Source of the DNA: Candidatus Eiseniibacteriota bacterium
GTDB taxonomy: Bacteria; Eisenbacteria; RBG-16-71-46; JABDJR01
Reading direction: 5' to 3'
Assembly: GCA_963783375.1 (NCBI GenBank)
Contig: CAWANH010000028.1
Span: 1-64,000 of the forward strand
DNA length: 64,000 bases
The notes under the pieces are model-generated. The model ran no database searches. It was not told the DNA's origin and saw only the letters and a program-made list of their open reading frames with translations. A program made the translations under genes and the position numbers. This document shows positions 1-9,796 of this stretch, one piece after another. Each line of letters begins with the position of its first letter. Within the stretch, counting starts at the first letter, position 1.

Positions 1-317
1 AGGGTTGGCTGCCGATCGCCGCCGGGCCAGCTACCCGCAGAATCGTAGCGCAGCTTGGGGACCGTGTCTCCGTGCAGCCTTGGCTCCTTTCCCGGCTGTG
101 TCCCCGAAAGAGGAGGCAGCTGTACCCACTCTCCGCAAGAGGGCACCAAGCTCCCATTGCCCGTGGGAGCCGTTTGTTCCCCCCACGAGTCGCTAACATC
201 CAGTGCAGCCACCTGCCTACGATCCTCTAGCTGGTTTCCACCCGAATGGCCCAAGCTGCTGAGGCTTCCCAGATCGCCGAATTCAGCCACCGGGCAGAAC
301 CGGGCACTCTTTTCCCC

Positions 318-347
318 TTGACTCCCCCCCCCATCCCGCCGTAATTT
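318..347 (+). promoter_or_regulatory. Putative sigma70 promoter of the benzoyl-CoA operon
   Basis: TTGACT (318-323) and TAATTT (342-347), 18-bp spacer, directly upstream of the operator and the GGGAGG RBS of had. Confidence 0.55.
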
Positions 348-348
348 A

Positions 349-362
349 CGAACGATCGTTCG
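349..362. promoter_or_regulatory. Palindromic TetR/PaaR-type operator
   Basis: Perfect 14-bp palindrome CGAACGATCGTTCG between the -10 and the RBS; fits the CNAACGNNCGTTNG consensus of Thermus PaaR; a TetR gene lies in the operon. Confidence 0.75.
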
Positions 363-379
363 AACGAAGGGAGGCGCCG

Positions 380-1456
380 ATGAACGACCGGAATCGTTCC
401 TGGCGAATGGCGGAACCAGGCAAACCACTTGAAGTTAGCGACCTAGAACTGGCCGCCCCGGGCCAGGGTGAGGCCCGCATCCGGATCCACGGCTGCGGCG
501 TGTGCCACACCGACCTGGGATTTCTCCACGGCGGGGTGCGGACCCGGCAGGCCCCCCCGATCACCCTCGGGCACGAGATCGCCGGCACCGTCGACCAACT
601 CGGCCCCGACGCCCGCCTGGCCGACGGGACCCCGCTCCAACAGAACCAGCAAGTCGTTGTCCCCGCGGTACTTCCGTGCGGGGACTGCCCCATGTGCCGG
701 GCCGGGCGCGAGAACATGTGCCTGAACCAGAAGATGCCGGGGAACGACATCGACGGGGGCTTCGCGACCCACATCACCGTCCCCGCCCGCTTCCTGATCC
801 CGGTGCCCGATCTTCCCAACGACCTGAAGCTGGAGCACCTGGCCGTGGTGGCCGACGCGGTCACCACCCCCTACCAGGCCCTCCACCGCGCCCACGTCGG
901 CCCGGAAGACCACGTGGTCATCACCGGCGCCGGCGGGATCGGGATCTACGGGGTCCAGATCGCCGCCGCCCTCGGCGCCCAGGTCATCGCGGTGGACGTC
1001 GCCGAACAGAAGGTCAAGCAGGCGCTCCAGTACGGGGCCAACGCCGGCGTCTCCATCCAGGGGATGGACGAAGCCCAGGCCAAGGACGCGGTCAAGGCCG
1101 AAGCCAAGAAGCTCGGCTGGCCCCGCGCGGGCTGGAAGGTCTTCGAGATGTCCGGGCACGCCGCGGCCCAGAGCCTCGCCTTCTCGCTCCTCAACCCGAC
1201 CGGGACCCTCGGCATCATCGGATTCACCCGGGACAAGGTGAACGTGCGGCTCAGCAACCTCATGGCCTTCGACGCCGACGTGTTCGGGAGCTGGGGCTGC
1301 CGCCCGCAGCACTATCCCGGCGCCCTGAAGCTCATCGCCGACCGGAAGATCCAGGTCGCGCCCTTTGTGGAGTTCCACCCCCTCGACTCGATCAACGAGG
1401 TCCTGGAGCTCGCCCATCACGGAAAACTCGAGAAGCGCGCCGTGATGGTGCCCTAG
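380..1456 (+). CDS. had: 6-hydroxycyclohex-1-ene-1-carbonyl-CoA dehydrogenase (Zn-dependent MDR)
   Basis: GCGVCHTD, LGHE, CGDCPMC..C zinc motifs; GAGGIG; RLSNLMAFDA..GSWGC typical of Had/BamQ; operon context. Confidence 0.9.
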   Translation: MNDRNRSWRMAEPGKPLEVSDLELAAPGQGEARIRIHGCGVCHTDLGFLHGGVRTRQAPPITLGHEIAGTVDQLGPDARLADGTPLQQNQQVVVPAVLPCGDCPMCRAGRENMCLNQKMPGNDIDGGFATHITVPARFLIPVPDLPNDLKLEHLAVVADAVTTPYQALHRAHVGPEDHVVITGAGGIGIYGVQIAAALGAQVIAVDVAEQKVKQALQYGANAGVSIQGMDEAQAKDAVKAEAKKLGWPRAGWKVFEMSGHAAAQSLAFSLLNPTGTLGIIGFTRDKVNVRLSNLMAFDADVFGSWGCRPQHYPGALKLIADRKIQVAPFVEFHPLDSINEVLELAHHGKLEKRAVMVP

Positions 1457-1476
1457 GTCAGATGGAGGACGAAAAC

Positions 1477-2589
1477 GTGACGACCCAAACCGCTCCGAAG
1501 CTCGCCGACCACAACCTGGTCCCGGAACCGAAGTCCGGCCTGGTGCTGGTCGAGGAACGCCCGGTCCTGAAGCCCGACGGCACTCCCGCCCCGGGGCTTC
1601 ACAACCTCTGGATCATCTTCAACAACCCCGGCCAGCTGAACTCCTACACCACCGACATGGTGAAGGAGACCATCCTCGCCTTCCGGAAGGCCTCGGCGGA
1701 CCGGGCGGCGGTCGCGGTGGTCTTCACCGCGACCGGCGACCGCGCCTTCTGCACCGGCGGGAACACCAAGGAGTACGCCGAGTACTACGCCGGCCGGCCC
1801 CAGGAGTACCGCCAGTACATGCGGCTCTTCAACGACATGGTGAGCGCGATCCTCGCCTGCGACAAACCGGTCATCAACCGGGTGAACGGCATGCGGATCG
1901 CCGGCGGGCAGGAGATCGGGATGGCCTGCGACTTCACCGTGGCCTCGGACATGGCGCTCTTCGGCCAGGCGGGTCCGAAGCACGGCTCCGCCCCCGACGG
2001 CGGCTCCACCGACTTCCTCCCCATCTTCGTGGGCGCCGAGCACGCCATGCAGTCCTGCACCCTCTGCGAGATGTGGTCGGCCCACCAGGCCCTGGCCTAC
2101 GGCCTCATCACCGACATCCAGCCGGTGCTGAAGCTGAACGACGAGTTCATCCCCAACCCGCTCGTCGTCACCGACCGCGCGGTGGACGAGTACGGAAAGG
2201 CCTGCCTGGGCGCCATGAAGACCGGCGCCCAGAAGGACGAGGCCAAGAAGCTCCTCGCCCGCTGCACCATGGATCTCTCGCGGCTGGACCGGGCGGTGGA
2301 CGCGCTCGCCACCAAGCTCCTCATGACCATGCCGGACTGCCTCACCAAGACCGTGGAGTCCGTCCGGAAGCACAAGCTCGAGCACTGGGACCGGAACCGC
2401 GAGACCAACCGGGCGTGGCTCGCGCTCAACATGAACACCGAGGCCAAGGCGGGCTTCCGGGCCTTCAACGAGGGCCCCAAGGGAAACCGGGAGGTGGACT
2501 TCGTCGGCCTCCGCCGGATGATCGCCGAAGGCCACGCCTGGGACGACGACCTCCTGAACGCCATTCTCCCCAAGTCATCCGACCGATGA
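1477..2589 (+). CDS. oah: 6-oxocyclohex-1-ene-1-carbonyl-CoA hydrolase (ring-opening crotonase)
   Basis: NNPGQLNSYTT, AFCTGGNTKEYAEYYAG, GPKHGSAPDGGSTDFLP; GTG start after GGAGGA (alternative ATG at 1462). Confidence 0.92.
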   Translation: MTTQTAPKLADHNLVPEPKSGLVLVEERPVLKPDGTPAPGLHNLWIIFNNPGQLNSYTTDMVKETILAFRKASADRAAVAVVFTATGDRAFCTGGNTKEYAEYYAGRPQEYRQYMRLFNDMVSAILACDKPVINRVNGMRIAGGQEIGMACDFTVASDMALFGQAGPKHGSAPDGGSTDFLPIFVGAEHAMQSCTLCEMWSAHQALAYGLITDIQPVLKLNDEFIPNPLVVTDRAVDEYGKACLGAMKTGAQKDEAKKLLARCTMDLSRLDRAVDALATKLLMTMPDCLTKTVESVRKHKLEHWDRNRETNRAWLALNMNTEAKAGFRAFNEGPKGNREVDFVGLRRMIAEGHAWDDDLLNAILPKSSDR

Positions 2590-2599
2590 GGATCACGCC

Positions 2600-3448
2600 A
2601 TGACCAAGATCGACCGCGACCTCTACCGCGAACACGTCGAAAAGCCTCCGTCCTTGAAGTCCGTCATGGCCCAGGGACAGCTCCAGAAGCTCTCCTGCCG
2701 GCTGGGCCTCGGCGATACGGTTCTCTGGGTCAACCTCGACGCCCCTCCCGGAAACGTCATCGACGCCGAGATGGTGCGGAGCATCCGCCGGGTGGTGAAC
2801 GCCGCCGCCCACGAGCCGGCGCTCCGGCTCGTGGTCTTCGAGGGCAAGGGCCGCCACTTCTCCTACGGCGCGAGCGTCGAGGAGCACCAGCTTCCCAAGG
2901 TCTGGGGCATGCTCGGCGAGTTCAACGACCTCTTCCGCGACTTCATGCAGATGGACGTCCCCACCCTGGCCCTCATCCGGGGCCGATGTCTGGGGGGCGG
3001 GCTGGAGCTGGCCGCCTTCTGCGACCGGATCGTGGTCGAGGACGGCGCGGAACTCGGCCTCCCCGAGATCAAGCTCGGGGTCTTCGCCCCCATGGGATCG
3101 CTCCTTCTCTCCATGCGCTGCCGCGCCCAGGCCAACAGCCTCCTCCTGACCGGCGAGAGCGTGGACGCCGAGACCGCCCTCGCCATCGGTCTGGCCGACG
3201 AGGTCGTGGGCGAGGGCGAGGGCACCGGCGCGGTCACCCGGTGGGCCGAGCAGCACCTGGTGCCGCTCTCCGCGGCCTCGCTCCGGCGCGCCCGGAAAGC
3301 CGCCCGCTGGATCCTCCACCGCACCGTCCGGCTCGGCCTGGACGAGCTGGAGCGCCTCTACTTCGACGACCTCATGCAGACCCACGACGCGGTGGAAGGC
3401 ATCGAGGCGTTCCTGGCCAAGCGGAAGGCGGAGTGGACGAATGGCTGA
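2600..3448 (+). CDS. dch: Cyclohexa-1,5-diene-1-carbonyl-CoA hydratase
   Basis: Crotonase motifs HFSYGASVEEH, CLGGGLELA, PEIKLGVFAP; position next to oah and bcr. Confidence 0.88.
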   Translation: MTKIDRDLYREHVEKPPSLKSVMAQGQLQKLSCRLGLGDTVLWVNLDAPPGNVIDAEMVRSIRRVVNAAAHEPALRLVVFEGKGRHFSYGASVEEHQLPKVWGMLGEFNDLFRDFMQMDVPTLALIRGRCLGGGLELAAFCDRIVVEDGAELGLPEIKLGVFAPMGSLLLSMRCRAQANSLLLTGESVDAETALAIGLADEVVGEGEGTGAVTRWAEQHLVPLSAASLRRARKAARWILHRTVRLGLDELERLYFDDLMQTHDAVEGIEAFLAKRKAEWTNG

Positions 3449-4208
3449 TCGATTCGGGGGCCGGATCGCCCTGGTGACCGGGGCCGCCCAGGGGATCGGC
3501 CTGGGGATCGCCAACCGCCTGGCCGCCGACGGCGCCACGGTGATCCTCGCCGACCGGAACCCGGACGCGCTCCAGGTCACCGCGGTCGAGCTGGCCGAGC
3601 AGTTCGGCCCCGACCGCATCCACAGCCGCCGGCTGGACGTGACCGAGAGCGCCCGGGTCGCGGAGACCATCGACGAGCTGGCCCACGAGTTGGGCCCGGT
3701 CGCGGTCCTGGTCAACAACGCCGGGATCATCCGGGACGGCTGGGTGGACGCGATGAGCGACCAGGACTGGGACGCGGTGCTGGCGGTGAACCTCACCGGC
3801 GCCTTCCATTGCTGCCGGGCGGTGGTCCCGGTGATGAAGGAGCGCGGGTACGGGCGGATCGTCAACATCGCGAGCCGCGCCTGGATGGGGAACCCCGGCC
3901 AGGCCAACTACTCGGCCTCCAAGGCGGGGCTGGTGGGCCTCACCCGGGCCCTCGCCCTGGAGCTGGTGAAGTTCGGGATCACCGTGAACGCGGTGGCCCC
4001 GGGGATGATCGACACCCCCATGGCGCGGAACCTCAAGCCCGCGGTCCTGGAGCGGTTGATCGCCGCCCAGCCCGGGGGGCGCATGGGGACGATCGAGGAG
4101 GTCGCCTCGGTGGCCGCCTACCTGGCCTCGGCCGAGGCCAGCTTCGTCACCGGCCAGGTGGTGAACGTCTGCGGGGGGAAGAGCCTCGGCATGAGAGGAG
4201 TAGCATGA
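3441..4208 (+). CDS. Short-chain dehydrogenase (FabG/BzdZ-like, probable 3-hydroxyacyl-CoA dehydrogenase)
   Basis: TGAAQGIG, NNAG, YSASK motifs. Confidence 0.8.
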   Translation: MADRFGGRIALVTGAAQGIGLGIANRLAADGATVILADRNPDALQVTAVELAEQFGPDRIHSRRLDVTESARVAETIDELAHELGPVAVLVNNAGIIRDGWVDAMSDQDWDAVLAVNLTGAFHCCRAVVPVMKERGYGRIVNIASRAWMGNPGQANYSASKAGLVGLTRALALELVKFGITVNAVAPGMIDTPMARNLKPAVLERLIAAQPGGRMGTIEEVASVAAYLASAEASFVTGQVVNVCGGKSLGMRGVA

Positions 4209-4861
4209 CCTACGACGAACGCCACCTGGAGCTCCTCCAGACCGCGGCCGCGCTCTTCGCGGACCGGGGCTTTCACAACGCCTCCATCCGCGACCTGGCC
4301 AAGGTCACCGGGCGGAGCCTCTCCGGGCTCTACTACTACTTTCCGACCAAGGACGAGCTTCTCTTCCAGATCCAGCACCACTGCTACTCCACCCTTCTCG
4401 AAACCGTTCAGGGGGCGATGGTCGAGGCCAAGACGCCGCGCGACAAGCTCGTGAGCTTCATCGGCCATCACCTCGGCTACTTCCGCCACAACATGAACGA
4501 GATGAAGGTGCTGGCCCACGAGGACCTGACCCTGAAGGACGAGCTGGGGGAGAAGATCCTGGATCTGAAGCGCCGCTACTCCAAGGTGTTGATCGACATC
4601 ATCGCCGAGTTCAACGCCGGCGCGCCGGAAGGCCTGAAGCGGCCCGATCCCGAGATCGCCGCCTTCGCCCTCTTCGGGATGATGAACTGGCTCTACACCT
4701 GGCCCAAGCGGCTGCGGAGCCTTCCCGCCACCGACCTCGCCCAGTCGGTGGCCCAGCTCTTTCTGTGCGGCTATCCCGGTTGCGCGGTCGGCGCCCTGGC
4801 CGACCTCCGGGAGAGCCTGACCTGCGTGCCCCAGGAATTCTGGAAGCAACGGTCCGCCTGA
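4205..4861 (+). CDS. TetR-family regulator (PaaR/KstR2-like, acyl-CoA responsive)
   Basis: HTH AALFADRGFHNASIRDLA..LYYYFPTKDELL; C-terminal FGMMNWLYTW; ATG overlaps the upstream stop. Confidence 0.88.
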   Translation: MTYDERHLELLQTAAALFADRGFHNASIRDLAKVTGRSLSGLYYYFPTKDELLFQIQHHCYSTLLETVQGAMVEAKTPRDKLVSFIGHHLGYFRHNMNEMKVLAHEDLTLKDELGEKILDLKRRYSKVLIDIIAEFNAGAPEGLKRPDPEIAAFALFGMMNWLYTWPKRLRSLPATDLAQSVAQLFLCGYPGCAVGALADLRESLTCVPQEFWKQRSA

Positions 4862-4928
4862 CGTCCGGCGCGCGACGACTCGCGCCGGACGCGGGAAGCG
4901 GACCCTTTCCGAGAGGAGGAAGCCCTCG

Positions 4929-6215
4929 GTGACCCTAGAACCCAAGAGCCCCGCCCTGATGGAGGCCCGAAGCCGGAAGGCCGAGGCCGCCCCCCCGAGG
5001 GCGGCGGCCGGCTCCCCAGCCGAAGCCCTCGAGAAGCTCCTTGAACGCTGCCGCGACCTCCACGAGGACACCGAGTTCAAGGCGGTGCGGGAATGGAAGG
5101 AACGGACCGGCGGCCGCGCCTTCGGCTACCTCCCGATCTACGTCCCCGGCGAGATCCTCCACGCGGTCGGCGGGCTTCCGGTGGGGATCATCGGGGGGGG
5201 CGACCGGACCGAGGTGATCCGGGGCGACGCCTACTTCCAGTCCTACATCTGCCGCATCCCGCGGAGCACGGTGGAGCTGGGGCTCATGGGAAACCTCGAC
5301 GTCCTGGACGGGATGCTCTTCCCCGCCATCTGCGACGTCATCCGGAACCTCTCCGGGGTCTGGAAGATCCTCTTCCCGGAGAAGCTCGTCCGGTTCATCG
5401 ACTTTCCCCAGAACTTCGATCCCAAGGTCGGCGGCCGGTTCTACCGGGACCAGATGGTGGCCCTCCTCGACGACTTCTCGGCGTTGACCGGGGTGGCCTA
5501 CGATCCCGAGCGCCTCCGCCGCTCCATCGCCCTCTACAACGAGAACCGGCGGCTGGTCCGCGAGCTTCACCAGGCCCGCGCCGACATGCCCGAGCGGATC
5601 TCGACCTACGACATCTACCTCGTCCAGCGCGCGGGGCAGGTGCTTCCGGCCGACGAGCACAACGCGATCATCCGGGAGTACCTGGATCTCGCCCGGAACG
5701 TGGAGAAGCCCGAGCAGGACAACGCCCGGGTGGTCCTGGTGGGGGCGTTCTGCGAGCAGCCGCCGCTCGCGCTCATCAAGAGCCTGGAGCTCGCCGGCTG
5801 CTACCTGGTGGACGACGACTTCCTCCTGGGGAACCGCTTCCTGACCCGGGACGTTCCCGAGGACGGCGATCCCCTGGACGCCCTGATGGGCACCTTCCTC
5901 ACCGCCACCGTGCCCTGCTCCTCGATCTACGACGCCGCCAACCATCGGTCGAAGGCGCTGGTCGAGCGGGTGAAGGCGACCCGGGCCGACGGGGTCCTCT
6001 TCGCCACCCCGAGCTTCTGCGATCCGGCGCTCCTCGACCGGCCGCTCTACCAGAAGGCCCTCGACGCCGCCGGCATCCCCTACACCACGTTCAAGTACGC
6101 GGAGAACACCGGCCAGCTCGGCGCCATCCGCGAGCAGGTCGGAACCTTCTCCGAATCCATTCGTCTCTGGGGCGAGGCGGTCGTCGCCGAGGCCTCGGGA
6201 AGGAGGCGCAAATGA
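4929..6215 (+). CDS. bcrC: Benzoyl-CoA reductase subunit C (HgdB/BadD family)
   Basis: GDAYFQSYICRIPRS, PAICDVIRNLSG, GAFCEQPP, PSFCDPALL. Confidence 0.9.
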   Translation: MTLEPKSPALMEARSRKAEAAPPRAAAGSPAEALEKLLERCRDLHEDTEFKAVREWKERTGGRAFGYLPIYVPGEILHAVGGLPVGIIGGGDRTEVIRGDAYFQSYICRIPRSTVELGLMGNLDVLDGMLFPAICDVIRNLSGVWKILFPEKLVRFIDFPQNFDPKVGGRFYRDQMVALLDDFSALTGVAYDPERLRRSIALYNENRRLVRELHQARADMPERISTYDIYLVQRAGQVLPADEHNAIIREYLDLARNVEKPEQDNARVVLVGAFCEQPPLALIKSLELAGCYLVDDDFLLGNRFLTRDVPEDGDPLDALMGTFLTATVPCSSIYDAANHRSKALVERVKATRADGVLFATPSFCDPALLDRPLYQKALDAAGIPYTTFKYAENTGQLGAIREQVGTFSESIRLWGEAVVAEASGRRRK

Positions 6216-7615
6216 GCCCGAACCCCGGCAAGGCCGCCAGTCCCCCGCCCGCCGCCACGAACGCCGCCACGAACCCCGCCAAGCCCCAGGCCCGCGATCC
6301 CCGCGAACTCCTGCGGGACGAGAAGCCGGCCAACGGGAACGGCAACGTCCAGAAAGAGGAGAGCATGGTTCTCCAGAAGAACATGCTCGCCGGCTACTTC
6401 GACGACGTGGCCAACGCCCGCGCCCGGGGGAAGAAGATCGTCTACACCTTCGTCCCCGGGAACCTCACCGAGCTGATCCGCTCCTTCGACATGGTGCCGG
6501 TCTACCCGGAGATCAACGCCCTCCAGACCGGGATGCGGAAGCGCTCCGAGGACTACATCGCCGAGGCCGAGCGCTACGGCCACAGCGAGGACGTCTGCAC
6601 CTACGTGAAGTGCGACGTGGGAATGATGCTGAAGGGGAACGTGGGGCCGACCGGCCAGGTCCTTCCGCCTCCCGATCTCCTGCTCCTGAGCTACACCGGC
6701 TGCTTCGTGTTCATGAAGTGGTTCGAGAACCTGAAGGCGCTCTACGACTGCCCGGTGGTGATGCTGCACGTCCCCTACCAGTCCGAAGGGAAGATCACCC
6801 CGGACATCCAGGACTACGTGACCCGCCAGATCCGGGAGGAGCTGATCCCGGTGCTCGAGCGCATCTCCGGGGTGAAGTACGACGAATCGCGCCTCAAGGC
6901 GAGCCTCACCCTGAGCGCGAGCGCGGAGGACGGCCTGGTCCGGGCCCTGGAATCCGCCCACCACAAGCCGAGCCCCATCGACGCCTACTTCGGCGCGGTC
7001 TACTACGTGGGGCCGATCTTCACCGCCTTCCGGGGCACCGAGGACGCGGTCCGCTACTACGAGTACCTGAACCGGGAGATCGACGAGCGGATCGAGAAGG
7101 GCCTGGGCCCGGTGACCCCGGACGGCCCCATGGAGAACCAGCGCTACCGGCTGGTGATCGAGGGCCCGCCCAACTGGACCCACTTCCGGGACTTCTGGAA
7201 GCTCTTCTACGACCAGGGCGCGGTGGCGGTGGCCTCGAGCTACACCAAGGTCGGCGGGCTCTACGACCGGGGCTACCGGCACGATCCCACCCGGCCGATC
7301 GAGACCCTGGCCGAGTACTGCCTCGGCTGCTACACCAACCTCTCGCTCCCCGCCCGGACCGACCTTCTGGCCAAGTACGTCGAGGAGTACGAGGCGGACG
7401 GGTTCCTCATCCACTCGGTGAAGTCCTGCAACTCGTTCTCGGCCGGACAGCTCCTCATCCTCCGCGAGATCGAGCAGCGGACCGGGCGCTCGGGCGGGTT
7501 CATCGAGTCCGACCTGGTGGACCCGCGCTACTACTCCTCCGCCAACATCAAGAACCGCCTGGAGAGCTATCTCCAGATGATCGAGCAGAAGCGCTCCTCG
7601 GAGGTGACGGCATGA
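6212..7615 (+). CDS. bcrB: Benzoyl-CoA reductase subunit B (HgdA/BadE family)
   Basis: [45 protein letters not shown]; ATGA overlap with bcrC. Confidence 0.88.
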   Translation: MSPNPGKAASPPPAATNAATNPAKPQARDPRELLRDEKPANGNGNVQKEESMVLQKNMLAGYFDDVANARARGKKIVYTFVPGNLTELIRSFDMVPVYPEINALQTGMRKRSEDYIAEAERYGHSEDVCTYVKCDVGMMLKGNVGPTGQVLPPPDLLLLSYTGCFVFMKWFENLKALYDCPVVMLHVPYQSEGKITPDIQDYVTRQIREELIPVLERISGVKYDESRLKASLTLSASAEDGLVRALESAHHKPSPIDAYFGAVYYVGPIFTAFRGTEDAVRYYEYLNREIDERIEKGLGPVTPDGPMENQRYRLVIEGPPNWTHFRDFWKLFYDQGAVAVASSYTKVGGLYDRGYRHDPTRPIETLAEYCLGCYTNLSLPARTDLLAKYVEEYEADGFLIHSVKSCNSFSAGQLLILREIEQRTGRSGGFIESDLVDPRYYSSANIKNRLESYLQMIEQKRSSEVTA

Positions 7616-8918
7616 GCCTGTACCTGGGAATCGACCTCGGCTCCACCACCACCAAGGCGGTGCTCCTCGACGAGGAGGAGCGGATCCTGGGGCGGGGGAT
7701 CACCAATACCCGAAGCGACTACCGCGTGGCGACCCTGGTGGCCGAGAACGAGGCGCGGATCAACGCGCGGTTCACCCTGTTGAGCCGGCACGCCGACGAC
7801 GCGGGTCTCGACCCCGCGCTCCTCGACACCCTCCTCTCGGAGTTCACGGTGGAGTCCGCGCTCTTCCGGCTCCGCCGGCTCCGCGACTTCGCCCTCGAGC
7901 ACGAGGGCACCGGCGCCCCCCGGGAGCGCCTCAACGAGGCCCTGGACGCGGTCTTCGACCGGATCCAGCGGGACCTCACCGAGAACCCCGAGGTCTCGGC
8001 CCGGATCCGCAACTCGTTCTTCCGCGACATCGTGGGGGCGCTCTTCATGGCCGTGGCCGAGGAGGAGGCCCCCCGCTTCAGCCTCGATTTCGAGCACCTG
8101 ATGGCGGTCTACGACGCGGTCATCCTCCGCGAGGAGAACACCGTCCTCGACATCGACTTCGCGGGCACCCTGAAGCGCTGCCTGGCGGTCACCGGCCTCC
8201 CCCCGAGCGCGCGGCGCGCCTCTCCGCCGCGGTCGACCGGGCTGCCGCCGAGCCCCTCGACGTCACCAACATGGTGGGGACCGGCTACGGCCGCCAGCGG
8301 CTCCCCTTCCGGAAGGACCAGATCCGAAGCGAGATCCTCTGCCACGGCCTGGGCGCCCACTTCTTCTTCCCCAGGACCCGGACCGTGCTCGACATCGGCG
8401 GCCAGGACACCAAGGCCATCCAGGTCGACGATCGCGGGATCTCCACCAACTTCCAGATGAACGACCGGTGCGCCGCCGGGTGCGGGCGCTACCTGGGCTA
8501 CATCGCCGACGAGCTGAGCCTCTCCCTGGACGAGCTGGGGCCGCTGGCGCTCACCGCGGCCCACCCGGTGACCGTCTCCTCCACCTGCACGGTGTTCGCG
8601 GGGGCGGAGATCCGGGAGCGGCTGGAGCTGGGGCAGAAGCGCGAGGACATCCTGCTCGGCCTCCATCGCGCCATCGTGCTCCGCGCCATGTCGCTCCTCG
8701 CCCGCTCCGGCGGGATCAACGAGGAGTTCACCTTCACCGGCGGGGTGGCCCGGAACCCCGCGGTGGTGGCCTCGCTCAAGGACCTCGTCCGGACCAACTA
8801 CGGCGAGGTGACCCTCAACATCCACCCCGATTCCATCTACACCGGCGCGGTGGGCGCCGCGCTCTACGCCCGCCGCGACATCCCGGTGGACGAGACCGCC
8901 CTGGAGGTGCAGCGATGA
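7612..8918 (+). CDS. bcrA: Benzoyl-CoA reductase subunit A (ASKHA ATPase), split by a 1-nt frameshift at the C6 run 8199-8204
   Basis: N-part [11 protein letters not shown]; the other frame continues [60 protein letters not shown]; about 435 aa once repaired. Confidence 0.85.
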
Positions 8919-9763
8919 TCGTGACCGCCGGCATCGACGTCGGAGCCAGCGCCGTCAAGACCGCCATCGTCCGCGAGGACGACGACGGCCGGACCGAGAC
9001 CCTCGCCCTGGTGGTCGAGCGCATCCGCAAACGCGACATGCGCTCGGTGGTGGCCGGGTGCTACGAGCGCACCCTGCTGAAGGCGGGGATCCAGGAGAGC
9101 GACGTCGAGTACGTGGCCTCGACGGGCGCGGCGGAACTCGTGGATTTCCGGCGCGGCCACTTCTACGGCATGACGTCCCACGCCCGGGGCGCGAGCTACC
9201 TCGACCCCGAGACCCGCACCGTGCTGGACCTGGGCGCGCTTCACGCCCGCGCCATCCGGGTGGACGGCCGCTCCCGGGTGCTCGCCTACAAGATGACCGG
9301 GCAGTGCGCCTCGGGCTCGGGGCAGTTCATCGAGAACATCGCGCGGTACCTGGGCGTGCCGCTCACCGAAGTGGGGGGCCTCTCGGTCCGGTCCCACAGT
9401 CCCGAGGAGCCTTCGGGGATCTGCGCGGTCCTCTCGGAGACCGACGTCATCAACATGGTGAGCCGCGGGATCCAGACCGAGGACATCCTGAAGGGGATCC
9501 ATCGCTCGGTCGCCCAGCGCCTGGTGCGGCTCCTGGTCTCGGTCAAGTCGGAGTCGCCGGTGATGGTGACCGGCGGCCTGGCCCTGAACGAGGGGATGAT
9601 GGAAGCCCTGCGCGAGAAGATCGCGGAGAACGAGTTGAACCTGGAGATCCGCACCCACGAGGACTCCGTCTCGGCGGGGGCCCTGGGCGCGGCGTTGTGG
9701 GCCGCCTGGCGTCTCAAGCGGCTGGCCGAGGCCCCCGCGGCGAAGGAAGAGCAGACCGCGTAG
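8915..9763 (+). CDS. bcrD: Benzoyl-CoA reductase subunit D (ASKHA ATPase)
   Basis: [51 protein letters not shown]. Confidence 0.9.
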   Translation: MIVTAGIDVGASAVKTAIVREDDDGRTETLALVVERIRKRDMRSVVAGCYERTLLKAGIQESDVEYVASTGAAELVDFRRGHFYGMTSHARGASYLDPETRTVLDLGALHARAIRVDGRSRVLAYKMTGQCASGSGQFIENIARYLGVPLTEVGGLSVRSHSPEEPSGICAVLSETDVINMVSRGIQTEDILKGIHRSVAQRLVRLLVSVKSESPVMVTGGLALNEGMMEALREKIAENELNLEIRTHEDSVSAGALGAALWAAWRLKRLAEAPAAKEEQTA

Positions 9764-9796
9764 TCCTCACCCGCACTTTGTTCAGGAGGATCGTCG

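Noticed and set aside
1-320. Short ORFs and a gctccca/tgggagc hairpin
   Set aside because: No coding bias or motifs, and a single hairpin is not enough to call a feature
4929-9763. 2-hydroxyacyl-CoA dehydratase plus activator
   Set aside because: Two distinct ATPase subunits and adjacent had/oah/dch indicate benzoyl-CoA reductase
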